Assembly (NCBI RefSeq): GCF_009914755.1
Contig: NC_060931.1
Source: the human T2T-CHM13v2.0 reference genome, Homo sapiens
Strand: one strand, 5' to 3'
DNA: 64,000 nucleotides
The position numbers were made by a program, and so were the translations under genes. Below, piece by piece: positions 1 through 14,547 of the stretch; the stretch's first letter is position 1; each line of letters opens with the position of its first letter. Below the pieces are notes generated by a model. That model had not been told where the DNA came from and made no database searches. It worked only from the letters and a program-made list of their open reading frames with translations.

Positions 1-78
1 TGGGGAAAATACACATTTTATTTTCACTGACCTCTAACTAGAATTTGGCATTTCCTGTAATTATGGATGCAGGCACAT

Positions 79-545
79 TCGTTATCCAGGGCTGCCTTAG
101 CAAAGTCCCACAAACTAGGCAGCCTCCACAACAGACATGGGTTGTCTCACAGTTCTGGAGGCCGGAAGCCCACAGTCAAGGTGGCAGCAGGGCAGGCTCC
201 TCCTGAGGCTGTGAGGGAGGATCTGTTTCCTGTAACCTCTCCCCCACTTCTGGTGATTACAGGCCATCCTGGGTGATCTGGGGCTGACAGGTGCTTCACC
301 CATCTCTGCCTTCATCTTCCCATGGTGATCTCCCTGTATGTGTGTCTGCATCTCAGTTTTATCTTTTATGAGGACGCCAGTCATACTAGACTGGGGACCC
401 ACTCTACTCCGGCAGGACTTCATCCTAACTAATTACATCTGCAACTACCCTATTTCCAAATAAGCTCATTGGGAGGTATTGGGGGTTCGGACTTCAACGT
501 ATGAATTTGCAGTGGGGGGCAGAGACATAATTCAATGCATAATAT
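79..545 (-). mobile_element. MaLR LTR, MLT1-type
   Basis: tctcacagttctggaggccggaagcccacagtcaaggtggcagcagggc and cctaactaattacatctgcaactaccctatttccaaataag match MLT1 consensus as recalled. Confidence 0.75.
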
Positions 546-920
546 TAGCTAAGAAACCACATAACTCATAGTAGGCCCTGTGACACTTCCAGGAGTACTT
601 TCGTATGACTTCCCCGCCATTGCAGATATTTCACAATGCTGTTTAGATGTGTCCTTACGTTGAAATCACAGTCATTTGTAGACTCTCTGCTGGACCTTGT
701 TGGCTAATGAGTCCATGAAGCGTAGACTTTTGAGTTGTGCTGGGATAACGGTGGCCACAGGTCACCTAAACCCAACTCTTCATACGTCTTCCAAGGAACC
801 ACGTCGCTAAACAAGTTAGTGCAAAGAAAACCACCCATAATCCATGCCTCCAGCATTACCTGGAGACACGAGTTCCCAGGAACCTGCAGGTGCCTCCAGG
901 TGATCGTAGGCATTACCAGT

Positions 921-1359
921 TCTGTGACTCCGTTCTCACATTGCCATAAAGAAATGTCTGAGACTGAGTAATTTATAAAGAAAAAAAGTTTAGTTGGCTC
1001 ACAGTTCTGCAGGCTGTACAGGAAGCATGGTGGCTTTGCTTCTGGGGAGGCCCCAGGAAATCATGGGGAGACCCCAGGAAGCTTCCAATCATGGCAGAAA
1101 GCCAACAGGGAGCCGGCACGCCACATGGCTGGGGCAGGAGGAAGAGAGTGAGTGGGGAGGTGCCACACGTTTTTAAACAACCAGGTCTCATGAGAACTCA
1201 CTCCCTATTGTAAGAACAGCACCAAAGGGGTGGTCCTAAAACCATTCATGAGAAACCCACTGCTGTGATCCAAACACCTCCCACCAGGCCCCTCCCCCAA
1301 CACCGGGGACGATAATTCAACCTGAGATTTGGGTGGGGACACAGAGCCAAACAATATCA
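921..1359 (-). mobile_element. MaLR solo LTR, MSTA-like, with 5-bp TSD CCAGT
   Basis: Ends gagatttgggtggggacacagagccaaacaatatca; CCAGT at 916-920 and 1360-1364. Confidence 0.85.
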
Positions 1360-1389
1360 CCAGTAGAATTGGTTTCCTTTTCAATTTTA

Positions 1390-1793
<404 letters not shown>

Positions 1794-1924
1794 CTACAGA
1801 AGGGCCTGGCTACGAAACTTCCTCCTCCCTGAACGCCTGCCTCCCTGACTACAGATTAAGGATCCCAGCAGATGGGTGGCTGTCACAGGGTCACAGAAGG
1901 AGGCATTCTGGATCTCGACCGCAT

Positions 1925-2070
1925 CCCTGCCCATGTCCCAGTTGTGAGACTGCAGCACAGTTTTGCAGGATGTTACCACTGGGGGACACTGGGTAAAGGA
2001 TACACAGACTTGCTCTCCGTTGTTTCTTACAACCGCTTGGGACTCTTCAACTACCTCAAAATGATATGTT
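1925..2070 (+). mobile_element. Old L1M 3'-end fragment
   Basis: cagttttgcaggatgttaccactgggggacactgggtaaagg resembles L1MC-type 3' ends. Confidence 0.55.
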
Positions 2071-4011
2071 TAGCGTCAAGTAATCATTGAAAAAGCCACG
2101 GTGTCCGTCCTCCCCAGCCTGCTCGGACAAGCACACCAATGTGTCTTTGAGCACTCTTGTGTGGGAGAGCGGCCTGTGGGATGGGGCGGTACCAGCCAGA
2201 CACGGGTGCCTGGGCTCAGCCTCTTAACGCTGTGAACACATCTCAGCATTTTCCAGGCAGCGATAAGGCATTGGTTCTCAGGCTTGCCGAGAGAGCCCTT
2301 GACTTTCTCCTCAGGTTCTCATATGCTGCTCCGCCGGCTGCACGAAGGGAACAGGACGCCTGTTGGTTACTGGTGCGGCCCAGGGAGCCTGGCAGGCCGT
2401 GCGGATTAGAAGTAATTGGCGTGTCGGCGAGGGCTTCACACTGGGCCCACGCCTCAGAGTGGCTTGCCTAACATGGAGAAGCTTCTGAAGTCAGCTGAGT
2501 CTGAGCTCAGCAGGGTTGGGGCCAGTGTGTGGAAACTGACCCACAGGGGACCAAGATGTGACAACAGACTTATCAAGAAGACCCCAGCTTTTTCGGCGAG
2601 GGCTGAAGATCCTGCACTTAATTCTGCTTGGCTGCTCAACATTCAAAAGCAGGTCGCCAACGATCTCCCCTTTCGGATCATGAAGGGAACCCAAGCAGGC
2701 CGCGGGACCCGTGTTCTTTCATGGGAAGTTGAGACGCCCCCTCCCTTCAATGATTAAGGCCAGCAGCAGCTCAGGCAAATGAAACGCTTTATGGATTGTC
2801 AATATTTAAGCACCTTGCTGGTACCTGAGGGCTTTGGATCTCAGCTGTCATCCATTACAGGCCTCATTACACAAAACATTAAATGCTGTATCATCTCATT
2901 TTCCCACCGAAGCTCCCTGGCAAGACGTTCTCCAGGTGGGGTGTGGTTTGCTCCAGGTGCAATGAATGGGCCCCGTTTTGTATTGGGAGGGGCCACACAG
3001 GGGCCCTCACCGCTGGGTATCTGGGAGACGGGCACTCGGTGCCAGGCAGCCCCTCTGGCCCACGTGGTCGGCTCGGCCTGATGTCTCTCTATCCAGCTGA
3101 GTCTCTACCTTGCCCCTGGGAGACAAGACACTCATCAGCTTTGTTGCTGCTTTGCAGAGGGTGGCCAGCGGGCCTGGGCAGCCCGGGCAGATGGTAGTGG
3201 AGCGTGCTGCCCTCCCATCCCCATCCTTCCTTACACCCCCCGCACATTCTACTGCATAGCCCCTGTTGCTGTGGCCATGTGGAGACGCAGAACTGAGCAG
3301 CAGCTAATGAAATTAGCACCAGGCTAGAACACAGATCCCCTCTTATTCCTGGAGAGGGCGCTCCATGAGTGTGAGCCCAAGGACACCGCCACCAGCTTCC
3401 ACCAGCATGGCCTGGCCCACACGTTCCTTTCTCTGGCTGTGCGTAAGTTTCCTCCAAATTGGTGTTGCAAAACTCCCTGGAAGGCACTGGAAACTATGCA
3501 CTGGACATATGCAGATGATCTATTTACACAGATTATTCTAAGGCATTTTACTGGGTAGATCATGAAGCCTAATTTACATATTTACACAATAGACTGGAAT
3601 GACGCTAAAGGAACTATAAATATATTTTCCTCTCCAAAGCAGCCATGAAATACATATTTAGAATGTGCCCAATGCAGGCAGATATTGTATTGCATTTTTT
3701 TTTTTTTTCTTAAATAATGTGTGTAGCCCAGAGACGAGGGCAGGTGGCTGGAGGACAGGTCCCGTGCCTGATGGGGACACCCCCCAGCCGGAGGCCTGGA
3801 CTGCTGTCCACTCGTAGTCCCCTGGGGGCTTTCCAGTTCCCTCCCCATTGATTTTGTTCAATTTCAGTCTTTGGCAACGGGAGTTTTCAAGTGAGTAAGG
3901 AAGAAAATCAGTATTTCTCTGAAGGTTTGACATCCATAGAAGTTCCAAGTCAGCAGGTTCAGCAAGAGGGGGCTGTTGCCATGGCTCTGATGGTGCCCGG
4001 TCCCCTCATGT

Positions 4012-4051
4012 GCTGCTTGTCTTTCTCATAAGCTGCTTGTCTTTCTCATAA
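4012..4051. repeat. Perfect 20-bp tandem duplication (gctgcttgtctttctcataa x2)
   Basis: Read directly from the sequence. Confidence 0.9.
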
Positions 4052-5211
4052 GCGTGTTTCTGACAGCTTGTCAGCCCGGCTTCCCACCCCTTCCTGGGAT
4101 CAGCCTGCAACACGGGCTTTCTTCGTCATCTTAACATGCAATGCATTTTGCCTCCTGCCTTGAATGAGGATCCGATGGAAGGTAACTGTCTTTTTTTTAA
4201 ATCAGATGTATTTAGCCTCATGTTTAAGCGCCACCAGCTTCAGTAAAATTTCTAACCTGGATTGGCCATTCATACAAAAAGAAATGGCAGTATTTAAGAA
4301 ATAAACAACTGACAGGCTTGCATTTGCTCTGAGCTGCAGACTGACAGTCAAGCGGTTGGTTGTGTGAGTGCGTGGAACCAGAAATCTCAGGCAGTGAATG
4401 ACGGTTTCATTCAGCATGGAGACCCTGTTTAATTGTCCATGAAATCAAACTTTTGTATTGGCATGACGTCGGCCCTAATACCTGCAGCACGCAGCTCCGT
4501 TCTGGGCGTTGGAGGGATAAATTGAGTGCAGACCCTTCGACGTGCTGCGCTGGGCTCCAGCTCAATTCAGAAAAGAGGTGATCATGTTTCTGGGTGTATT
4601 AGGACATTGTCTGGGAACAGATGTGCCTCCTACCGCTTGGGCGGGGGGAGATGCTGGCACCAGAAGCTAACAGCTGACTCATTCTGTCGGCTGGAGACAA
4701 GCATGGATGGATAGCAGAACCTATTTATACAGAAAAGATTTCTTTTTTCAAGGATCTTCAATATTAGCCACTTACTTCCCTTGTTTAAGTGGACAAATCA
4801 CGCCGTAAAAAATGAAGATGCATAGTTCATATTCTTTAAAGAAAAGCCGCCTCAATGGGAAGCTGAACTGGCTCTTGCTTTTTCCCACTCAGCCTTCCTT
4901 CTGAGGTGGACAGGATTGGAGGTTGTGGTGACAGCGTGGCTTCTTCAGGAATATTTTGCAAAGTCTCTTTCTCAGTGGCTTCCCACTTTCTTAGTGGTAT
5001 TTCTCCAATGGCGTTTCAGTAACAAGAGTCCAGGAAGGTGCTCTTTCGGGCAGCCAGGAATGAAAGACCAAGCACGATAGACAGGTGTGATTTGCAGTCA
5101 CATCACCATGAGGGCACCTCCGCCCTCCACAGACATGAAGTGGCAGGTCCAGCCCAGAGGTGGACATTACCCACAGGAAGTTCAAACCCTGGGCCTCAGC
5201 AGGGGACTTGA

Positions 5212-5595
<384 letters not shown>

Positions 5596-6714
5596 CTTGC
5601 TTTTCCTACAACGGCAACACAGCTCGTTCACTGGGGAAGAGAAACCAGGCTGGCTCTTCCGGACATCCCAGAGAGCTGACCCTAGCCTGGGTGATTGACA
5701 AGTGGCTGACTGTGTGCCCAGAATTGCCTTTAAAAAGGATGAGGCCCTGCTGTCCTCTCGAGTGTTGACTGAGATGGAAATCCAGGCACTGGGGACTGTC
5801 CAGAACATGGAAAAATTGGTTGCATAAATCTCATTTTTGCTAATAGTTCTGTAATGTTATTTTCCCCCTAATTTGTAGAGATACTTTTCTCCATCATTGA
5901 TTTATTGAGATATTTAACAGCATAATACAAATGAGAAAAACAATCCACAGTTGAGAAATAGAGTGGACGCCTTACCAGCTGCCAAATTTTTTTCTTACCC
6001 ACTCGTGATCGTGGTGTAAATATTAGTACGAGATAAGTAGCCCGGTGAATTATAGCTAGAGTGGAAAATATGCTAATTTGGGAAAGGCAGAAGTAAGCAG
6101 AATAAAAATGGGAACATTTTCTTCTGTTAATTCAGAAGGAAATTATCTCGGTATGACATTCCCCCTCACCCAACATTTTTGAGTGTAAATGGATTGCTAA
6201 ATAAATCGTTCTGCGTTAAGATTCTGTATCAATATTTTAAAATGTTATTATGAAAAATGCACACAATTCCTGGAGCTATGACAGAGTGCTTAAAATAAAA
6301 TGTGGCCTTTAGGTGATGGTACAGGAAGGGAGAATCATTTTTTTTTTCCTCAGGAGCAGGAAAGCATTACAGAAACATTAATGCAAAAGACATTCAGAGA
6401 ATCCACTCCGGAGGTGTTCAGACCTTCTCAGAACAGTCTGAAGAAATCCTTCACTTTCTTAGTCCCTTAATTTCAATGGCTTTAAGCAACACCCAGTTTA
6501 TAAGAGTCTGTATTTGGTCTTTAGTGTCTATTACAACATAAAATTGTCTATCTTTTTAGAGGAAAAATACAATTCATTCAATATATAAAGCCCTTAAAAT
6601 AGAGACTTGCTCACAGTAAGCAGTAAATAAAATAGTGGTGGTTATTATTTATTGAAAGCCTGCTGTACTAGGCCCTGAGAAAGCCCATGGGATACAAAGA
6701 GGAATGCAGGGGTT

Positions 6715-7490
6715 GGGGGTGGGACAGATGGGTGGATGGGTGGAAGGAAGAATGGATGGATAATGGATGGATGGATGGATGGAAGGAGGGGGACCCAGAA
6801 GGAAGGAAGGAAGGAAGGAAGGAAGGAAGGAAGGAAGGAAGGAAGGGTGGGCAGGCAGATGGATGGGAGGTGGATGAGTGGGTGGCTGGTGGGTGAGTGG
6901 ATGGATAGATGAATGGAAGGAAGGAAGGAAGGGTGGGTGGGTGGGTGGATTGATGGGTAGGTAGATGAGTAGATGTGTGGATGGATGGACGAATGGATAG
7001 ATGGATAGGTGGATGGGTGAGTGGGTGGATGAATGGATGAATGGATGGGTGGATGGATGAATGAATTGATGAAGGAAGGATGAATGGATGGATGGATGAA
7101 TGAATGGATGGATGCCTGGATGGATAGATGGATGGATGGCTAGAGGGAAGGGAAGGGAGGGCAGGGGAGGGAAGGGGAGGAAAGGGAAGGGAAGGGAGGG
7201 CACAGGAGGAGAGGGAAGGGGAGTGGAGGGCAGGGGGAAGGAAGGAGGGAGGGAAGGAAGGAAAGAAGGTTGGTTACATGGATGAATGGAAGGAAGGAAG
7301 GAAAAATGGATGGATGGATAGAAGGAAGGATGAATGGATGGATAATGAATGGATGGATGGATGATTACTTAGGAAGATGGATCATGGAAAGATGGACAGA
7401 AGGATGGATGGATAGATGATAGCTGGAGGGAAGGAAGGAAGAATGGAATGGATGGATGGTTACATGGATGGATGGGTGGATGGATGATGC
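6715..7490. repeat. (TGGA)n/(GGAA)n/(GGGAA)n purine-rich low-complexity tract
   Basis: Read directly from the sequence. Confidence 0.95.
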
Positions 7491-7938
7491 TAAGCCTGAT
7501 GGTGTGAACAGCCAGGTAAATGTGCTGATGTGATTTAGAAGCCCATTGGTGGAAGCAGTCATCCCTTCCTGGAACGTGGGGTGGGGTCAAGGTTGACCTC
7601 AAAAAGATGAGTCTGAGGGGGCAAAAGGACTCTTGATTTTCCTCCATCCCCTGTCCACAGGCTGTGCGTAAGTCATTAGAACAGCAATCTCATCTGATTC
7701 CCTGATGGATGGCACAGGGTCTGATCAAAGAGTAGACCGCATTTGTGGATGAATAAGGGAGTGAGGCAGGGGAGGAGGGGGCAACAGTTCTCCAGGTCCA
7801 GAGGAGGCCTGAACAGAGTAAATGCACAAGCCTTCCCTGACCATTCTTAAGCCAAACTCACATACGACAATATAAACCACATACAACCAGCATAAACTAC
7901 ATACAGCCAGCAATCTGTGTGTGAACCTCAGCATCCTA

Positions 7939-8421
<483 letters not shown>

Positions 8422-8869
8422 CTACCTTTCTGCCGGTGGAGAGATTTGTACCTTTAAAATCTCATTCACGTCTATTCCTCATTAACCTGTGACTGTAAGG
8501 ACTTAGTCGGTGCACATTCTAAATCCTCTGCAAATACAGACAGATACAATAGCAATTTTCTGCCTATTTACTGTTGGGCTAATCCATCTGAGTGTACCTG
8601 GTGATTCCGGGTGGGTGATAAGGTTGGTTTCCGGAGCAGTCTCAGTGCCCATAAAGTAGTCAGCACGGGTACACACATATCCAAATGGGTTTTCCCTCAC
8701 CAGATTCCCTGCTTTGTAAAAGATCTCATAGCTGCACCTAGAAAAGCAAATACAGTTCATGAAGGATTGCTACTTCAAATGAACATTTTGGCCTCTGAGC
8801 CTACTTTTTTTTTTTTTTTTTTTTTTAACCAAACAGCCTCCTTAGAATTGAATTTATACAAACACACGT

Positions 8870-9085
8870 ACAGCACTTACTATGTGTGAGGCACTGTCCT
8901 AAGCACTTTATAAATATTAACTTACTTAATCCTCAAAGCAAATCTATGATGAAGATGCCTTTGTTATCACCATTCTACAGACAAGGGTCAGAGAGGTTCC
9001 GTTCTTTGTCTAAAGCCACACAGCTAATTGAATTGGTGGGGCCAGGCTTTGCAAAGAGGCTGTCTAGCTCCAGGCTCCAGCACCC
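8870..9085 (-). mobile_element. MIR
   Basis: cacttactatgtgtgaggcactgtcctaagcacttta...ccattctacagacaag matches the MIR core. Confidence 0.75.
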
Positions 9086-9224
9086 CTTTCAGCCCTGATG
9101 CTATAGTGTCATAAGTTTTTTTCTTTCTTTTTTTTTTTCCTTTTTTCTTTTTTTCTTTTCTTTTCTTTTCTTTCTTTTTTTTTTTTTTTTGTTATAATGT
9201 GAAGTCATAAAAATTGCAAAGTTC

Positions 9225-9525
9225 TTTGTTTGTTTTTTGAGATAGAGTCTCACTCTGTTACCCAGGCTGTAGTGCAATGGCACAATCTCAGCTCAGCTCA
9301 CTGCAACCTCAACCTCCCAGGCTCAAGCAATCCTCCTGCTTCAGCCTCTTGAGTAGTAGTAGGGACCACAGGTGCATGCCACCATGCCTGGCTAATTTTT
9401 AAAATTGTGCATATATATGTTTCCCTGTGTTGCCCAGGCTGGTCTCCAGCTCTGGGCTCAAGCAGTCCTGTAACCGCAGCCTCTCAAAGTACTGGGATAA
9501 CAGGCATGAGCCACCATGCCTGGCT
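9225..9525 (-). mobile_element. Alu (J-like), preceded by a T-rich tract at 9115-9190
   Basis: Reverse Alu consensus. Confidence 0.92.
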
Positions 9526-9729
9526 CATCGTGATTCTTTACAACAAATCTCACTGATCACATTTCTTTTGCTCTGTGGCTGGAGAGATGCCTCAGAACCC
9601 AAGTCATGTGCCTCTAACATCCTCTCTATGTCTGATTTTAATTTTAAATTTATTAATGGCTTTAATTTTGAGTTTATTCATGTTTTCTTATATGTGAGGT
9701 TTATAATAAATCATACATACATATATTTA

Positions 9730-9890
9730 CTGTGGGGAGATATGCATAACCTAACGTTTCCCACTATGACCATTTCAAGTGTCCAGTTCAGTAGCATTGA
9801 GCACGTTGTTCTACAATCATCACACCATTCATCTCCAGAACGCTCTTCGACTTGCGAAACTGAGACTCCGTCCCCATTCAGCACTCACTC
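9730..9890 (-). mobile_element. L1M 3'-end fragment
   Basis: accatttcaagtgtccagttcagtagcattgagcac...catctccagaac resembles L1MA/MB 3' ends. Confidence 0.65.
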
Positions 9891-10017
9891 CGCATCCAGT
9901 GCCCCTGATGCCTCATCCAGGGCTGCTGCAAGCCGACCCACCAGGCAGGTGCATGGGGCTCGCATCTGGGACTTCGCACTTCTAACCTCTGCTCTCGCCT
10001 CCCCATCCCTCTTGCAG

Positions 10018-10182
10018 ATGAAGGCTTATGGGACATGTTTGTGAAGGACATCCCGCGGAGCGCCACATCCTACACCCTCAGCCTGGATAAGCTCCGGCAA
10101 GGAGTGACTTACGAGTTCCGGGTGGTGGCTGTGAATGAGGCGGGCTACGGGGAGCCCAGCAACCCCTCCACGGCTGTGTCAG
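10018..10182 (+). CDS. SDK1: SDK1 coding exon: C-terminal part of the last fibronectin type III domain (DEGLWDMFVKDIPRSATSYTLSLDKLRQGVTYEFRVVAVNEAGYGEPSNPSTAVS)
   Basis: CTAAC branch-point-like motif near 9982, pyrimidine tract and acceptor cttgcag|AT; donor TCAG|gtaggc. 165 nt, phase 1-1. FN3 signature L..G.TYEFRV.AVN..GYG.PS; joins in frame to 14410. Confidence 0.96.
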
Positions 10183-10191
10183 GTAGGCCCT

Positions 10192-10425
10192 CCCAGGGAG
10201 GTCTGTCTTCTTCTGGAGGACTAGAGGGAGAAATGGGGTCGAGGGGGACCCAGGGAGGTCTGTCTTCTCCTGAAGGGTGGGAGGGAGAAATGGGGTCGAG
10301 GGGGACCCAGGGAGGTCTGTCTTCTCCTGAAGGATGGGAGGGAGAAATGGGGTCGAGGGGGACCCTGGGAGGTCTGTCTTCTCCTGAAGGACGGGAGAGA
10401 GAAATGAAGTCAAGCGGGACGAAAG
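10192..10425. repeat. Minisatellite, 57-bp G-rich unit, about 4 copies
   Basis: Unit cccagggaggtctgtcttctcctgaagggtgggagggagaaatggggtcgaggggga starts at 10192, 10249, 10306 and 10363. Confidence 0.92.
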
Positions 10426-11907
10426 GGACACACATCTGCTGCTGTAGGTGTCTCCAGCTTAGTTGAGGTTCTGCCCAGGGAACATGTGGGTGGGGAGAGC
10501 AGTGCCAGTCTCCGGGTGCCTCCCCAGTGCCACCCATCCTCCTGGGCTGCTCCCTGCTTCCCTCTGGCAGGACCCCAGGCCCCAGAGCCTCCCCCAGCAC
10601 CACCAGCAAGGCCCCTTATGGGCTTTGTGTCCACGCTGTGCACCGGCAATTCCTAATGTGTTTCCTCATAGTTTTAAAAATCAGAGACACATGGAAGTGT
10701 CAGAGGTGTGAGCATGAGCCACGTGGTGTCCCCTCCGCAACAAAATCATTCGCAAGGAAAGCAGAGCCCCGATCCCCTGTGTTAGCTGACGCATCCTTGC
10801 CGAGGAGCATGTGTGATTTTGGAGGGGCAAGAACCACCCCGGCAGCTATGGGGGAGCCCACGAGTGCCTGACAAGAGGTCACGTCTTCCTGGGACCTCCC
10901 AGAAAGCCAGCGGAGGGGCCGGGGATAGTAGCTGCTCTGGGCTCAAGGTGAGCAGTATTGCCGTCCCTGAGGATGGCGTGCAGGTGAAGGTACTGCCGAT
11001 CCCAGGCTGGGCATTTCTTCACGTGCACACCTTCGCTGTGAGGTACCGCAGGCTCCAGAGGCCACCCTGGGTCCAGGTCCAGGTCTGCTCTCAGGGGAGT
11101 GGCAGAGAAGGCCAGGGCAGGGCTTCCTCCCCGAGAGCACCCGTGTTAGATGACAGACATGTCTGCAGTCAGCAGTCATGGCAGGGGTTATGACACACAG
11201 GGTGGGGGCTGTGACCTCGCCTGGGAATCAGGAAGGTGCCCAAAGCCTACCACAGGGGAAGGGAAACCTGCAGGAGGCAGAAGGTGGCGGAGAAAAAGTC
11301 CTGGTCACTGAAGAGCCGTGGGTGGGGGAGCTGGAGAGGGAGGGCCGGCAAAGCTGGTCCCTGGTTGTGGCCCCCCAGCCCCCCATGTGCCTGTGAGGGA
11401 CTCAACCCTGGCCGCACCTTAGGGTTGCTTGAGAAAGTTAAACACACACCCTCGCTGGCCCCTCACCCCAGACAGTGACTTCCGTGGCTCCAGGCGTGAC
11501 TTTCTTTACCCCGCGATGATTCTATCGTGCAGACCGGCTGCAAGCCAGGGCGCTGGGGGGTTCAGAGAGGGATGGGCTGTGTTTGAGGAGAGGGGATCTC
11601 AGCAGCATGAAGGGCAGGGAGGCCTCGGCGTTGGGGCAGCAGAGCCTCAGCCAGAAGCCCCAGGTAGGGCCAGCTCTGTTGGTCCTCTTCCTGGGATTAG
11701 GAAGAAGCTGTTCCTCTCCTCTGCGTTAGAGCTGCTTGAGCTACTGACTGCACTTGTTGAAATTGAACTTAACCTTCGTCCTTTATGTGCTATGAGTTTG
11801 GAGGAACGACCCTGTGCTCGTCTGTGGGTGAGCGTGGGCCCTAAGCCTGGTACCCTGGCCTGGGAACATCCTTGAATTCCGGGGTTGCTCTGTGAGAGGG
11901 GCTGTGA

Positions 11908-12226
<319 letters not shown>

Positions 12227-13679
12227 GACCACTTGATTTTTTAATGAGTAAGATTTAGAAAAAGCACAGATTTCTCATTTCCCTAATTTTAATTATGAAT
12301 ATTTTAAATGTACCCCAAAGTATAGAGAATGAGGAACCCTCAGCACCCCTCATCCTAATTCAGAGATCCAAGATTTACTGCCTGAGTTTTATCTGTGGAA
12401 AATTGGTACAGAGCAATTACACATGCACAGAAAGCCGGTTCCTCATGCGGAACGTGCACTTTGACCCCACTTCCCAGGGCCTGTGGTTCAGGCCTCTCTG
12501 AAACTCCATCAGACGCAGAGCTGGCCTTGCCATGAGCTGGACCGCACTGAGCTCATCAGTCCTTCAGGGAAGCCAGCAACCATCACCTGCTGGCGTCAGG
12601 ACCGGGCCAGGCCCGCAGCCAGGGTGTCCTGCCCCGTATGAGAGTCCTCCAGGACAGCCCGGCCTTCCTTTCCTACCAGGTGCTGGGGTCAGGCCCACTC
12701 CGGGCCAGTTGCCCGGTGGTGTAAGTGTGGCATGCGTCAGACTTGCCGCATGGAGTACCAAATGCGCAGCCCACAAACCTACTTCTGTCTTTTGGATTTA
12801 AAGCACCGTCACCTCCTAAGGAGCCCTGTGAACCTGCATTAGCCAAAGCCGATTCCCTGTTCTTCTTCCCGGTGTGCACACATCCCCTATTCGTGAGATA
12901 TAGGATAGAAGCTTCGGGTGGCTGTGTTTGGAAGGGTTCTGGCTGCCGTGAGCCAATGCCTGGGCTTTGCCTGTGAGAGGCTTTCTGTTCTGGGGGGCTT
13001 CCAGTGCCACAGAACCTACTCCCCTTCCAGGCCCATGGAAGGCCCTGAATGGGACGCCGGGACCACCCAGCACCCATCAAGATACAATTTCCCGCTTTTC
13101 TGTTCTGAGCGAGCAGAACGAGACAGAAGGAAGAAGAGCGTCCTTCAAAGCCGCCTTTACATGCATTTTTTTCTATTGATTTCTCAAAAACACATCTAAA
13201 GACAGGGCCAGTCGTTCAGCTTGGTTTTGCTAGAGGCAGAAAATAAATAAAACACAGCCCCAGGCTTTAGGGGTCTGTGGCCTGTGGAGGGGCCAACAGG
13301 TAGAGAAGCAAATACACACAGTGCGTGTTTGCGGCGGGGGCTTCCATAGACGTGCAGACGGCAGGTCCTGGGGTGCTTCGTGGGCTCAGGGTTCACCCCG
13401 TGGCTGTTGGGAACCACTGAGGATTTTAGGGGGGACAACTGATTTCTATCGGAGGAAGACCTCTCTTGGGTGATGTAAAGGATGGATCTGAGCAAGACAG
13501 GAGGAGGCGTAACAGGTGGAATGTGAGTGCTGTGCGCAGGCAGGAGGTGGTGACGGAGAAGGCAGGGGACCTGGAGCTGTTTTGGGGGGTGTCCCAGCAC
13601 CAGGAGAGAGAAGGACGTCTAGGCGCTTTGTTCCATCCTCACTTTAACCCACACAACGTTTTTGTTTGCTGCCTTGCTT

Positions 13680-14020
13680 GTTTTGTGGAGACAGGGTCTT
13701 GTTCTGTCACCCAGGCTGGAGTGCAGTGCTGTGATCGTGGCTCACTACAGCCTCGACCTCCTGGGCTCAAGTGATCCTCCCGCCTCAGCCTCCTGAGTAG
13801 CTGGGACTACAGGTGTGCCACCATACCTTGTTTTGTAGAGAAAGGGGTCTTGCTATGTTGCCCAGGCTGGTCTTGAACTCCTGGGCTTAAGCCATCCTCC
13901 CACCTCAGCCTTCCACAGTGCTGGGACTTCAGGCACACGCCTCTGTGCCTGGCTGTTTTTTTGTTTTGTTTTGTTTTGTTTGTTTTTTGTTTTTTTAGAG
14001 ATGGGATCTCACTACATTGC
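13680..14020 (-). mobile_element. Alu (J-like, internally deleted) plus a short second Alu fragment
   Basis: Reverse Alu consensus; a (TTTTG)n tail separates the two pieces. Confidence 0.85.
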
Positions 14021-14409
14021 ACTGGATCAGGCAGTGTTTTTAAACAGATGAAATTAAGAGAAAGCAAGCAGGAAGGGCGGTTTTGATGGGCAAGGTCAGG
14101 GCAAGGACAAAGATACTGAAGTCTCCAGGGCAGGGGGCAGCTTGGAGGACAGAGGAGCCCTGAGCCTGATCCCACAGAAAAGGTGGCAAATGGGGGCTGT
14201 TGAATTCCCAAAGCCTGCTGAGGACCATGGGAGCCTCCTGAGCTTGTCCCATGGGAAAAGTCCACCCGCCCGGCTGGACATTGGTTTCATCTCACCTGTA
14301 ACTGGGAGTTATCTACCCCAGCCTTCCCTGCCAACCACCTGACTCGCGGGAGGTGACTGCAGCTGGAGCGTCTGCCCCATGTCATTGTGTGTCCGTGTCT
14401 TTTCCACAG

Positions 14410-14547
14410 CTCAAGTGGAAGCCCCATTCTACGAGGAGTGGTGGTTCCTCCTGGTGATGGCTCTGTCCAGCCTGATCGTCATCCTGCTGGTGGTGTTCGC
14501 CCTCGTCCTGCACGGGCAGAATAAGAAGTATAAGAACTGCAGCACAG
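14410..14547 (+). CDS. SDK1: SDK1 coding exon: transmembrane helix (AQVEAPFYEEWWFLLVMALSSLIVILLVVFALVLHGQNKKYKNCST)
   Basis: Acceptor tttccacag|CT; donor ACAG|gtgcag. 138 nt, phase 1-1. Hydrophobic stretch followed by basic KKYK; PFYEEWWF is typical of sidekick proteins. Confidence 0.96.

Noticed and set aside
6649-7364. His/Pro-rich and Gly/Trp-rich ORFs
   Set aside because: Translations of (TGGA)n/(GGAA)n low-complexity DNA.
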